The translations under genes and the position numbers were made by a program. DNA of 64,000 bases from Amphiscolops sp. MND2022. Lineage: Eukaryota. Below the pieces are notes generated by a model that did not search any database, was not told where the DNA came from, and saw only the letters and a list, made by a program, of their open reading frames with translations. Positions within the stretch are counted from its first letter, which is position 1. Each line of letters opens with the position of its first letter. This document shows positions 1 to 11,900 of the stretch, piece by piece. Location: assembly GCA_964187785.1 (NCBI GenBank), contig OZ076409.1, positions 6,016,001 to 6,080,000 of the forward strand. Reading direction: 5' to 3'.

Positions 1-20
1 CGATGTCCCAGCAATCATGA

Positions 21-638
21 TCACAAATTGTCGGTTTCTCTTTCTCGACAATTGTTACTGTGATAATCCTCTCTTAAGGGTTCAGCGTCAGATTCTTCGT
101 CAGAATGAATAGTCACATCTACATCAGATTCAGCTCGAAACAATGGTTTCGCAGGATGCTTAAGGTCTTTCATCTTAGACGCTCTTAGAGGATAATCGTT
201 GTTTTCAGAATCTGAGTTTTCATTATTAGATGCGTGAACTCTTATAGACGGGTCTATTCTGGATCCCGATGGTTGTGGTTCTTGTATTTCATTTATATCA
301 GATCTTGGGTTTGTTGCAATTGAAGTATTTTTGTTGCATTTTATCTCTTTCAGAATTGCTTCTAGTTTACTATCCATTTCTTCTCTTATTCTCTCTATCC
401 TTTCGGTATTTTTCTGCTCAACAATTTGTGTCCAAACTTGTATTTCATCACTAATTTGACTGGGTTCTCTTAGCTGGTTTTCCAAGTTTGGTTCACCTAA
501 ATTTTCTTGAACATTTAAGTTAGAATTAGTTAAAGTTATATTACCTGTTTCTGAAGAATCGATCCTAGTTTCGCTTGTTTCTCTCTCAGTAGATGGGGTT
601 GCTAGTCTCCTCGATCTTCGACTTCTTTTATTTCCCAT
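21..638 (-). other. LTR-borne copy of the gag 5' end (193 codons) running out into flanking DNA
   Basis: Identical to the N-terminus of ORF 13868-15559 up to ...REDYH, then diverges exactly at the LTR edge (59). Confidence 0.85.
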
Positions 639-1738
639 TTTGCTCAGTAGAAAACAAGTTATGTTTGCTGGGGAAGAATTTGAATTATGTTCTCAAATTG
701 AAAATCCAAACTTGAAAGAGAACAATGAAGGCAGTGGAAATGTGGGTTAGAGCTTATAGGAATTGGATCAACTGCACTCGGTGAAAGTTATTTCAATTGT
801 GTTTTTCTTACAAAATCCTTATTTTCAAAAATATAAAACAATGACAATCATTTTTGCGAGCATCATAGAATCCTGGAAAATCTAAAAATAGGATAACGTC
901 AGATTGCGTAATTCTATTTATATCATCTCCATAATGACGTAAATGCTTCTAATCATCCTTAAACCCTAGGAAAATGCTGCAAAATGATATATTGAACATC
1001 GCAAATACTATCTGATACAGTATAATTGCATGACATTCAAAAACTGCACATTTAGCTGAAAACCGCATAACTCCGCATATACGTCAGCCTCGAAACCGTA
1101 GGGTGACGTATAACACACGTGAACATTTTCCTCACGTTTGCTTAGTATTGTATATACAGCACAACACGATCCGCATAATATTTGCTAGAAACCGTATATT
1201 AACGTATAATCGTCACTGCAAGAAACGCATAGTGACGTATACTGCGAATGGCGAAATGGTATATTACCGCATACACTAATGATTCAAAACGTATGTTATC
1301 GCATATTCAAAAGCGTATAATGACGCATACTTGAAAATCATTTCACGCATAATGAAGTATATTCGTAAAGCTATTTCATGTATGATGACGCATCCTTATT
1401 AGTTGAAAAATGTCTAATGACACATAATCGCAATTCTAATTGTAGCATGATTACGCATAATGAAAGATCAAAAATCACAGATTTACCTTACTTATGTAGC
1501 TTTTAAGCACATGTTACTCTTATGAATGAATTTTAGATGAACTAGACGTCAATGAAAGGCTCAGAAAATATCTTAGAATGAAATTCATCAATGGAAATAC
1601 ACAAATAATTCCAAGACATTGTAGAATAACATCAAAAAGGAGTTTCGAGAGAGTTTAAAATGTTTTATTGTTAAGTCTTTCCAGATGTTCCTTTTCATTG
1701 CTGCACCACGGAACCATCGCATCTCGAGGGATGCGACA
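59..1738 (-). repeat. 3' LTR of element 1 (1680 bp)
   Basis: Colinear with 14980-16659 at constant offset 14921; only about six substitutions seen by eye, all around 990-1440. Confidence 0.96.
1060..1460. repeat. Degenerate ~32-33-bp CGCATA/CGTAT repeat array inside the LTR (second copy ~15980-16380)
   Basis: Recurring aaaccgcata / gacgtata / gacgcata units. Confidence 0.75.
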
Positions 1739-2723
1739 GTCCCGCATTTTTAAAAAGGAACAATGCTGCTTCAAATCCGTGGATGAATGCTCTAGATCTG
1801 ATCGCCCTTTCTTTGACCGTCTCGCCTTCATACTCTGTCGCAACCAGGTATTCACCTAGGGTCTCCAGTGCAATCTGATCGTAACATTTGCCGCAGAGTT
1901 CACAGTACCCCGCAACATTCGCCATCACTGTAGGAATCAGCCTGATGCTATTTCTCTCCTGTGCTGGGATCAATAGGGAATTGCTGCTATGAGTCGCATT
2001 GAACGGAAATCCTAGTTGGACTGTTGGTTGCATCGATTGTGCCAAATGTAGGGCACCATGGTCAATTCCACCAATGCTGAGCGGGAACAGCATCGGAGAG
2101 AGGTTGAATCCAGTGATATTTTCTTGTAATGACCTTTGCTGTGGGACCGTATCATTACGTACCCCTTGCTCCATCGGCTCACTTATCTGCTGTTGCGTGG
2201 GAACCGCCGATTCCTGTCTGTGGTTTGGTGGGTACCTCGGGGTCGGACGGGGAAGAATTCCCCTGTCACTTGAATTTGCTCTTGGTGTTGGGGGGACTCG
2301 AGCTGTGGGGCGGCCATAGTTATTCGTTGTCCTTTGAGGCCCGTTGCCCATAGTCCACGGGAAAAGATTCCCCTCCTCAAATTCACTATCAATGAATGAA
2401 CTCGGAGAGTCCGTTGTCTCATCTTGTGGGGCTCCGATTAGGTCCATTAGTTCTCTTTCCAACTGAGTCCCGGATGTGATTGTGGCAGCTTCATGTCCTG
2501 ACGATATCACTGTCTCAGGATACAGGGTGGCTGTTGCTGCTCCCATAAATGCCGACATTAAATTGCTCCCTGTTGTGTCTATTCGAAATCTTTCGTCGAG
2601 TTGGGCGACGTTTCCGGGTGCAATGGAGAATTCGCCTTCAGAACCGCTTGAGATGTCCACCACATCGGGAGATATGGGAGAATACAGCGAGTCTTCATCA
2701 ATATCAAATTGAAGGTTGTTCAT
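1695..2723 (-). CDS. Accessory sense ORF3 of element 1 (~342 aa): acidic SIM-like N-terminus, low-complexity middle, C-terminal CxxC domain; function unknown
   Basis: Open frame from ATG 2723; homologous to 50449-51240 (FDIDE/FDIEE; CELCGKCYDQI vs CMVCGRSVDEI; RSRAFIHG vs RREAYENG; CDG). Confidence 0.8.
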   Translation of the reverse strand: MNNLQFDIDEDSLYSPISPDVVDISSGSEGEFSIAPGNVAQLDERFRIDTTGSNLMSAFMGAATATLYPETVISSGHEAATITSGTQLERELMDLIGAPQDETTDSPSSFIDSEFEEGNLFPWTMGNGPQRTTNNYGRPTARVPPTPRANSSDRGILPRPTPRYPPNHRQESAVPTQQQISEPMEQGVRNDTVPQQRSLQENITGFNLSPMLFPLSIGGIDHGALHLAQSMQPTVQLGFPFNATHSSNSLLIPAQERNSIRLIPTVMANVAGYCELCGKCYDQIALETLGEYLVATEYEGETVKERAIRSRAFIHGFEAALFLFKNAGLSHPSRCDGSVVQQ

Positions 2724-3579
2724 TTTGATTAGCAAAAGATTATTTAGCGAGATAGATTTTCAAGAGTTTTACAAAGCAGCTGATTTATGAAATCGCAAAG
2801 ACCATATGGTGAATCTTCTTTTCAGTTTCTTCTGATTTTGACAAAACCCCGCTAAAATTCAGGTGTCATGGTTGCGTGGGCTTTGCAAAACCTTATATGG
2901 GACGGAGATGGCGGGTTCCCATATAATTGAGGGGTTAGGTTTTGATATCTTCCATAAATGTAAATAAACAAAATGATCATGGGTTCCTCTGCCTTATCTT
3001 TCATCGGCATCCCCCTTTTGATGTTTCTAGTTTCGTTTCAGTTACATTTAAATTTGATGTAAACAATTATCATCACCTAAGAATTCACCGGAATGGGTGA
3101 ACTAATTGTCAAATATAATCTTATCTAAAAGCATCAATGAAATTCATATCGGGATAAAAAAACATATTACATGGACATCTAAATGTTTTATCAAGTCTGA
3201 AATCACATAAGTACACCACTGTGTATCAATTGTCCCGCATTTGAAAATGCGCAAACTCCTGAAAGGTAGACCCAAGATGATTAGGTAGATTGTCAAGAGT
3301 CTGTTCATTTGTGCTAGCTCAGTGTATATTACGTCTGTATGTATTACTTCTTTTGATGTCATGTTTTCTCCTTTCTTCAAAATAGGTAAAGTTGTCTATT
3401 CGTCAATGCCAGAATCCGCATATTGCCGCGTGTTCACCATCTCTCAATGTAATCATCGACGTATGTTTGTTTGTTTTAAGTCAATACTACTCATTCAATA
3501 CCAATGATTACGTAACACACAATTTCTTCTCGCTTTCAATCTGTATGTTAGCACGTGCTCTTTTACTCTTAATTCCACA

Positions 3580-3975
3580 CAGCGCCGCATAAACTGCACT
3601 CGTCTTTCCTCATGTTGGCGCATGTTTGTGAGTCACAATTACGTATGCCGCCGCATATTACTCACTTGTAGATCTGCATATTTACTCATAATTCCAGTTG
3701 CAAATCCGCATACTGCTGTGTATTGTCAATCTGTAAACGCGCATAATCACTCATAATTACAATCGTGGATCCGCATGCTGTCGTATAATGTTCATCTGTA
3801 AATCCGCATAGTCACGCATAGTCACAATTGTGAATCCGCGTGATGCTGCATATTGTTCATCTGTAAATCCGCATAATCACGTATGATTATTATAGTAGAT
3901 CCGTATGTTGCTGCATGTTGAATACCAGTATTTCGCAGGTTACCGCATATACTAGTACAGTAATTCCGTAGGCTG
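3580..3975. repeat. Degenerate ~32/65-bp AATCCGCATA repeat array between the divergently oriented accessory genes
   Basis: Units such as tgttcatctgtaaatccgcatagtcacgcata recur several times. Confidence 0.8.
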
Positions 3976-4341
3976 TCGCCTATTTGATTGCTTTCACGCT
4001 ATTGCATTGTATCGCACTGTCAATTACGTAATCAGACACTCTGGCAGAAGTGACTGACACATTAATTGGCCAATCAGAATAGAGTATACCATATACTTTG
4101 GTACTAAAGTTGTGCTCATTTGCTCTTTGCCTTTTGTTCTGTTAAGCCACGCCTTTCAACTTTGTTATATTGAAGATTTGCATTACATTATATATTCTTT
4201 ACATTATTGTCCTTCAGTCAGTTTTACAGTCTACAGTATTCGTTCGTTCCTTCCTTTCCTAGGATTTCTTCCAGTCAGGTTCCCTTTTATTTATCTCCCC
4301 TTCACTCAACCGAGTTAACTGGTTTAGCATTCAGTTCATCA

Positions 4342-7300
4342 ATGGAGAACAGCAGGAGTAGGAAAGTTGAACGTGAGGACGTCTCAAGGATGCGGACCAG
4401 GTCTTGGGGGTACAAATCCCCGACAACTTCTTCACCCCGTAAGTTCGAATTTTCGTTTCTTAGTTTCGGTTAAGGATTTTTGTGAGTAAATAGCTGGCCA
4501 GGCTAAAAACTCGAGATTTGAAGATCAATGCATGCTTTTGATCATAATTTGGGTTTTGAAAGTTTCCACACTTCCGGTTTCACTTTCATTCGACTTCCGC
4601 TTCTATGCATTTTGTTCAACGGTTGAATGCGGATTTGTCAAACTGTTTAGTCACATTCGATTTATTGCTTTATTGTTGAATAAAGCTCATGTTTTAGTCG
4701 AACTTGGGGCTACAAACAAGTCACCTGCCCGGTCGCCTACAAAAATTTATACTCCTTTGCGAGTCGTCTCACCTAGTCATTCTGAACCCTCAGTTTACAG
4801 TATTCCTGCACCAACTGATCTCTCACTCAATCAAGCGAGGGAAAGTATAGAACAGCTCTTCAATGAATCGGGTGATCTAACGATTGACACCACTGCTGAT
4901 GAAGAAATGGAGTCTCATGCCTCACTTCTTAATCTCATGCAACTGGTTGAACAAGATCAGCCAACAGAGACGCCCTTAATTGCCAACGACGACTCCCCTA
5001 TTGATGTTGCTGAACAAGAAGCTAACGAAAACGACGCCCCCCTAATTGCCAGCACTTTCTCTCCTCGCTATAGTCAATTTTTGACTCCTGAGTTACCAGC
5101 TGCTGCTTCCCAGCCAGAAACACCTCCTGAGGCACAAGCTCAGACACTAGGAGGCGACCCTAAGCCAACACCACCGCGTCAAATTTTGAATGAGGAATTC
5201 GAGGAAATGCCAAGCAGTTCTGGACTTAACATCAATTTGACACAAAATGAAGTGGCTATGCTGAGGAACGTTTTGGATCGAATACCTCAGTCCCTTTTGG
5301 CTAGGGAGAGGAATGAGCCCAATCCTGAGTTCTCGGTTTCTGTGGTTGCTAATCCCCCTGTTCCCGTTTTCGGTCCTCCACTAATTCCTGGACCAGGAGA
5401 CACATCGGGCGAGAATCCACGCAGGGATACTACCGAATATGACGAGGAAAACGCCTCTAACCGGCCCTCCAAGCGTCCTAGACCTCGATACTATCTTACT
5501 GAGGCTATGTTCCGAAAACACCCTGTTCTGAAGTTTTTTGCGACAGGGCCTATAGACAGAGAGAAAACGCCTTACAAGTGGTGGTGCAGGGTTTGTCGAG
5601 TTGAATTGTCCCTCATGAGTCGCGGCCCACTTGAATTATTGTCTCATTACAAGACCGAAACCCACCTCTTGAAGGAGCACAGGATTAGAATGGAGACACC
5701 TGGTCTACCATTGTACGACAAAGAAGAGGTAGAATTACAAGGAATTGCTCTGCAGGAGGCGAAGCGGATAGCCAAAGATATGCATCCTATTTCTCCACAA
5801 CGTGACCCCTGTCGATTACTTGTTGGACAGGACAAACTTCCTGAGATTAGGAGCGACTCTGCGCCAGTTGACATTGTGTTATCTCAGATCAGAGTTCTTG
5901 AGCTTGGACTAAAACACGGGGGCCATGTTGCAAGCTTAATAGCGATCCATGACGAAATATTACAACACTCATCTGGAGGAAGTTCAATGCAAACTCTCAA
6001 CTGGAGCGATTCACGAATCTTTGTTAGTATACATTACTTTTATCATAAAATAACACCACTGACTCCATAAGATAAACCAATGATGCAAAAACTTCTGGAT
6101 TCCGATCAGTACCGAATGGCACTCATTCGTTAGTTTCTGTTTCAGGGGATGTTGGTGTATATGTTTCGTGAGCTCGTCAATTATTGCGTTACTCACATTG
6201 GCTCATCTCAGGGTTACTCCCTTTCTCTACACCGAACCCCAACAAGGACTCTGCTTTTTATTAGTTTCTGGTCTGGTAACGTTTACCAACGGGTTTGCAT
6301 TGGAGCTGGGCCAAGAGGAGTGCTAATCCCAAGGAGACTCCTCGATTTATTGTGCTCCTTCATCACTCATTTCGAGACACCTCCAACTTGTGTGGCTCTT
6401 ATCGACATGTGTGAGAGACTCAATGTGTGTCTAACTGCGACATTACCAGGCAATCTACGGCCTAATGCAGTCAACAGCTTTGGTCCAACTGAATTTGAGA
6501 GGTGTTTGTCACTTCCGACTGCCAAGATTATAGAGAGGCACGACTTTCGGACCATCATTGATTTTTTACTGACAAAATTACGAACTGCACTTGATCGCGA
6601 CTGGTTGCAGTCCTTGCCGTTACTTCATAAGGTAAAGTCTTTCTTGTCTCTTTTGTCGATTGGCCGGTATTTTGTTATTTTCACAACATAATAAAACCTT
6701 TTCACAGGCAGTACTCAACCTCGAGTTTACCCTAGTCGAAGCGTCTTCCCTGATCGAGTGTTTCTCCTCCAACTGGGACAGAATCAGAGATCATCTAACC
6801 CAAGTGTCCCGATTGCCAGCATATCGATTCCATATAAAAGAAGTTTGTATTCATCGTCATTAGATATTCTATTTGTTAGACTTTTGTTTCCAATTTCCAT
6901 TTCTGTTCTAGCCCAGTGCACTCGATGAATGTTTTCGCCTGGATACCGTGTATCTCGCTCGATTGTTTATCATCCGTTGCATCATCGACAATTGTTAGTA
7001 ATGTCCCATTATTTCACTTCTTTAGTGTCGTTTCAGTATTTCGTCCATTCTCCTTTTATATCCAGTTTCGAAAGGGATATTGTCTAAAAAGTTTGCTGGA
7101 AAGCTCTGGTTCCTGCTTATAACACCGAATTTCCCTGTATTTCTTCCTTTTATAGGTCGTAAGAGATATTTCCACGTGTTTTTGATTATTTCCGCATAAT
7201 CATGCATATACGGTTCATCACATTCCGCCTGTTGACGTATATATGTGGTATTACTGCACGTGCATTAACACGCAGTTTGGATTTGTAATCTGCGTAACAA

Positions 7301-8777
7301 CGTATTTACGCCATTAGGAAATCCGCATAACAACGTATTAACGTCATTAGGAAATCAGCATAGTACCGCATTGTCCATATCCAACTTCCGCATGTTGACG
7401 TAGTGCTTCATTCTTGATTCTGCATGATGACGTATTATTGAGAATCATTTTCTGCATAATAACGCATTACGTCCTGCTGAATTCCGCATGTTAGCGTATA
7501 TTCTTGATTCGATTTCTGTGTAACGACGTATATCCGTCACTTGGAGTTCTGCATTATTGCGTGTCTTTTGGTTTTAACTTCTGCATAATGACTTGTACTC
7601 TCTATCACCAGCTCCGTATAGGAGTGTATTTTTCATTCAAAAGATGATTCATGCTTATGTGGTATGTTTTGTTTCAGACAATTCCGCGTTTTCCGATTTG
7701 CAAGGTCATCTTGATCAAGGATTCAGGATCTTTAATCAATTTTCTGTATTCATATACAGCCAGTTACAGCTGATATTGCCTGATAGCTTCCTCGGGGATA
7801 TTTCCGAATGGGATACCTACTTGAAAATTGACTTGGCGCAAGCAGATCTTCCCTTCAAAGCCCCTGCAGATTTCGTCCTGAACCCAGATTATCATCATTT
7901 GGTTACATCCAGCCGTTTACCGCGTCCTAGCAAATTCGTGGAGCAGTCAATGGCTTTCTGCAAATCTTTTTGTGGTGTGTTATTGTCCCACAGTATTCTG
8001 AAATCTGCTCTAATTCGTGGTTTATCCTGTTTCGACAGCGCCGTCATGTTAGACGGGCCTGAACGACATTACGTTGCTGCCATAGAGGATCTTACAAGTT
8101 ACTTTGTGTCTTCCAGTTTGATTACGCCTGGAGACAAGACCAAGTGTGTGAGTCAGTATCGGTCGTTGGTGGCCAAGCTTCGTACTGTCAACGACATCCC
8201 AAGAAGTAATTGGGTGCTGTTCCTTGGGGCTCACTACGAAATGCAGAGTCGTCCCGAACTTTCCAAAGTGTTTCGATATGCTAGTTTGTGTTTGCCACCA
8301 ACCGTTACAATTCCTACCTCTTTCAAGATTTCGGTCCCGGATCTTGCATCTGACCATGAGGCTTTCCAGTCTATTGTCAACAGTTTACAGCTCTCGTATG
8401 TCACCGTACCCAACGTTTCCAGTCTTTATCAGGATCCTCGATCTGTATGTCGTATCTTTCGTTTGTTGGGCCGGGGGCGAGAGTTGCTCAGTGACAAAAA
8501 GTTCTCTGTTTGGACCTTTTCACGTGGGAATGTGTCTAAACGGCTTGCCTTACGTGAAAAGATGGAGGCTGCGTACAAGAAGACAGTTTTGGATGGTGAA
8601 GGGTTGCCCATCTTTCTAGATGTATCTTCGCCAAGTGGTAGTGCTCCTTCTAGTAGCAACAGTTCTCCGCTTCCTGGGCCGTCTCTGGGACTCGTTTCTG
8701 TAAGTGTCTCTCGTTGTGTTGAGGCAGGGGTTAACAACGACAAGACCAAGAAGAAAACGAAGGCTAAGAAGTCTTGA
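4342..8777 (+). CDS. Spliced antisense gene of element 1: BED-like zinc finger plus degenerate hAT-transposase-like body, ~1074 aa. Exons 4342-4438, 4698-6022, 6146-6631, 6708-6842, 6912-6993, 7678-8777
   Basis: All five introns are GT-AG and phase-compatible (1,0,0,0,1), total 3225 nt open; WCRVC-x16-H-x5-H motif; homologous exon structure in element 2. Confidence 0.82.
7190..7600. repeat. Degenerate ~33-bp TCCGCATA..ACGTAT repeat array within intron 5 of the antisense gene
   Basis: e.g. aatccgcataacaacgtattaacgtcattagga and neighbouring variants. Confidence 0.78.
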
Positions 8778-8975
8778 TCAAATGTGTTTGCTCCGCAACT
8801 TTTAGTATTATTTGAATTTCTCTTTGCTGATTTGAAACTGTATCATCTCATGTTTTGTTTGTATTTATCTTTGTAGTTATGTTATTCGCTACCGCAGAGG
8901 TACTGTTTGGTAAAAGTTCTATAATACTCAATTCCCAGGAAGGAAGTTAGAAACAAAATTTGTGAAGGTTTGTCT

Positions 8976-11900
8976 TTAGTATCTGTAGGTGTCAGAGTAG
9001 TTTGGGTTAGGGTTGGGACGTAGGTTATATTTTTCACCACGAGTATTTATGGGTTCTTCTTGCAATGGAGGATTTTGTGAATTTTCTGGGGTTTTTTGGG
9101 AGTTTTCTGGGGTAATTTGAATGTCGTTCTCTGATGAATTTCCAATATCTTTTTGGGTTTTTGGGGTGTTTCTATCATCTTGACCATTTTGTTGTGACTT
9201 TTCATTTTCGTGATTTTCATTCGGTTCAGTGGTCTGTTCCACTGGGCTCCCCCCACTATTTTTTGAAGTTCCAGGGGAGGGAGGGTGGTAATCATCAGGT
9301 ATTTGGATCGGGGTGTATTCCGTGTCCTCAGTGTTTTGGGAACACTCGGAAATACCTTCATCAAAAGGGTTTGATCCAAAATTCGTGTTCCATGATTGGG
9401 CATATAGGTCGTCATTTGCTATAGGCATTTGATCATCTTTTTGCCAGTCGGTTTCACGGACAAAAATGTCTGCTAATGGGGCCTGCGGGGTAAACTTTCG
9501 CAGACGAATCCTGTGTAATAATTGTGTTTTGTTTGTCCCAAGTCTCCTGACAATATAATTGTTGTTAGGGAGTACCTTTTCGACTTTATAGGGACCACAC
9601 CATCTGAATTCTCTGAAGGGTATTTTCGTTGCTTGAGTGTCAGCCTTTGGGTTAAGAATATAGCAGTAGTCCGTCGTTTCGAGTGGAGCTGCTTTTGCTT
9701 TCCTATCGTAGTACGCCTTATACTTGAGATAAGATTGCATGATATTCTTCTTTGTCTGGTCTAGCAGAATTTTCATCCTTTTATGGATTTCTTCAGCTAT
9801 GTCGGTTTGAGGTTGATATCTCGGATTAGGGTTGTATCCAAGTTTATAGTCTAAAATATTGTGTGGTATCCTGCCATGGAAAACTCGTGAAGGTTCACAA
9901 CCGAGTGATGCATGGTATGTGGTGTTGTGATTGAGGATTGCCAAAGGGAGATATTTATGCCAGTTGTTCCTGAATTCGCCTGTTGCGGCTTTCAGGTGTG
10001 TTTTTACTGATGCATGTGTCCTCTCGAGGAGTCCTATTGTTTGTGCATGCTTCATTGTTGCATGTTTTAGTTCGATTCCTAGCACTGCGGCGATCTCATG
10101 CGTTACTTGTGCATTGAATTGGGTTCCTAAGTCCGTTATTATTGTTGTTGGTAGGTATGTGTGTTTGCATAGTATATCCATTATGACTCTTGCTACTGCT
10201 GTTGCGTTGATGCGAGTTACAGGATAAGCAAACAAGTATCTCGAGAAGACATCTATTGCAGTGATAATATGGTCATAGCCTCCGCTTGGGGGGAGGTTTG
10301 GCAAAATGTCCATTTGCAGTATGTCTTCTGGACCTAGATCCCATTCTGGACAATTAAGGAGTTCTGTCCTCAGGAGATCGTTATTGATGCGTTTGGTTTG
10401 GATGCAAATTTGACAATTACTGACCCATTTCTTGATGTATTTTGCCATACAAGGGTAGTAATATTTTTGTCTTGCTTCTTGTATCATTTTTGTGATACCT
10501 GGGTGGTTTGAATTATGTCCATGAAGGGCTTGAAGGAACTCGTCTAGAAGTTGAATTGGAAGAAGGATTTGGTAATGAGATATTGTTCCAGTATCCGTAT
10601 AATATTTCCTGGTGAGTACTTCTTGTTTGATTTCTATTCTTGTGATATTTTGTAGGTAATGGTGGTATCTGTAGTCTGATGCCAATTCATTTTCATCGAA
10701 GGAATCGCCTTCGATTTTGGCTCGTAAGTTTCTGAGAACTATATCGTTATTTTGTTCCAGGCGTATCTTTGCATTGTCTCTGAAGTATCCTGATGATATT
10801 GAAATTAATCCTGATGTAGGTTTGTGGAATTGTTGTAGTTCAGAGACAGCATTTTCTGGTTCATTGTGGGATTCGGTTTGAGCCTGATTCCGTACATTTT
10901 GCTTTTCTTCCCAGAGTTGATTTTCATCAATGTCATCGTCTGGGAGGATGTAAATTTGCTCTTCTTCGACTATGCCTGAGGATTGGATATTCACTTCAAT
11001 TGCTTTTGTGTGGATATCGTTGCGGATAGTCATTTCGAGCTTTTCTGTTGGGTTTACCTCCGTTCTTGATAGAAAGTCTGCTGCTGTGTTCATTGAACCA
11101 GCAACATGGGCGATTACAAAATTGTACTGCAATACATAATCGCAAGCGTTCCAGAGTGCTGGAGGGATCATTTTTGTTTGAAAAAATCTTGTTACCGAGC
11201 GATTGTCTGTGAACACGATTACTGGGAAGGTAGTACCCCACATAAGGTGTCCAAATTCGACAAACACGAAATATATGGAAAGAAATTCTTTCGCATATAT
11301 TGACATTTTGGTTTGGGTTGGATTAAACGTTTTGGATCCAAACGCTATGGGTGCATATGTTTTACGTTTGGATTGTAGTTTTTGGTTCGGGTCGTCTTCT
11401 ATCATGATTGCATATCCAGCAGCTGTGAAGCTCGCGTCGGACATGACTATGAGTTGTTTATGCTTCAGCGGTTGTTTCAGGGCCAGTTGGCAGGAATTTT
11501 CGAGTAGTTTGTTTAAGTTTGTGAATTCTTCGACCAAATTTGTTGGTACATAAAACTTGGATGTTTCCTTGAGGAGTTTGAAAAACGGGGTCAACCGTTC
11601 TGAAAGGCGTGGAATGTAGTTTCGGTAATAGTTCAAAAACCCGATATACCTTTGCAACGCCTTTTTCGATTTAGGGAAACGGAGCTTGGCGAGAAAATCT
11701 TTCACTTTGTCGGCTTGTGGGGCGACTCCATCAGGTGTGATTGTGCGGCCCAGGAAGTCGACTTGTTTAACTCCGAAATGGCATTTCGACATGGAGAGTT
11801 TCAATCCTGCATTGCGTATGCATTGGAAGACTGTTCGTATGTTGGTACATAATTGTTTTGTATCGTTTGCTGCTATGCCGATGTCATCGACATATTGAGC

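Noticed and set aside
1695..2723. ORF3 as an env gene
   Set aside because: No signal peptide, transmembrane segment or furin-site/fusion-peptide pattern
4342..8777. Antisense gene as an independent nested hAT transposon
   Set aside because: No TIRs or 8-bp TSD seen, and a homologue occupies the same position and orientation in a diverged second element
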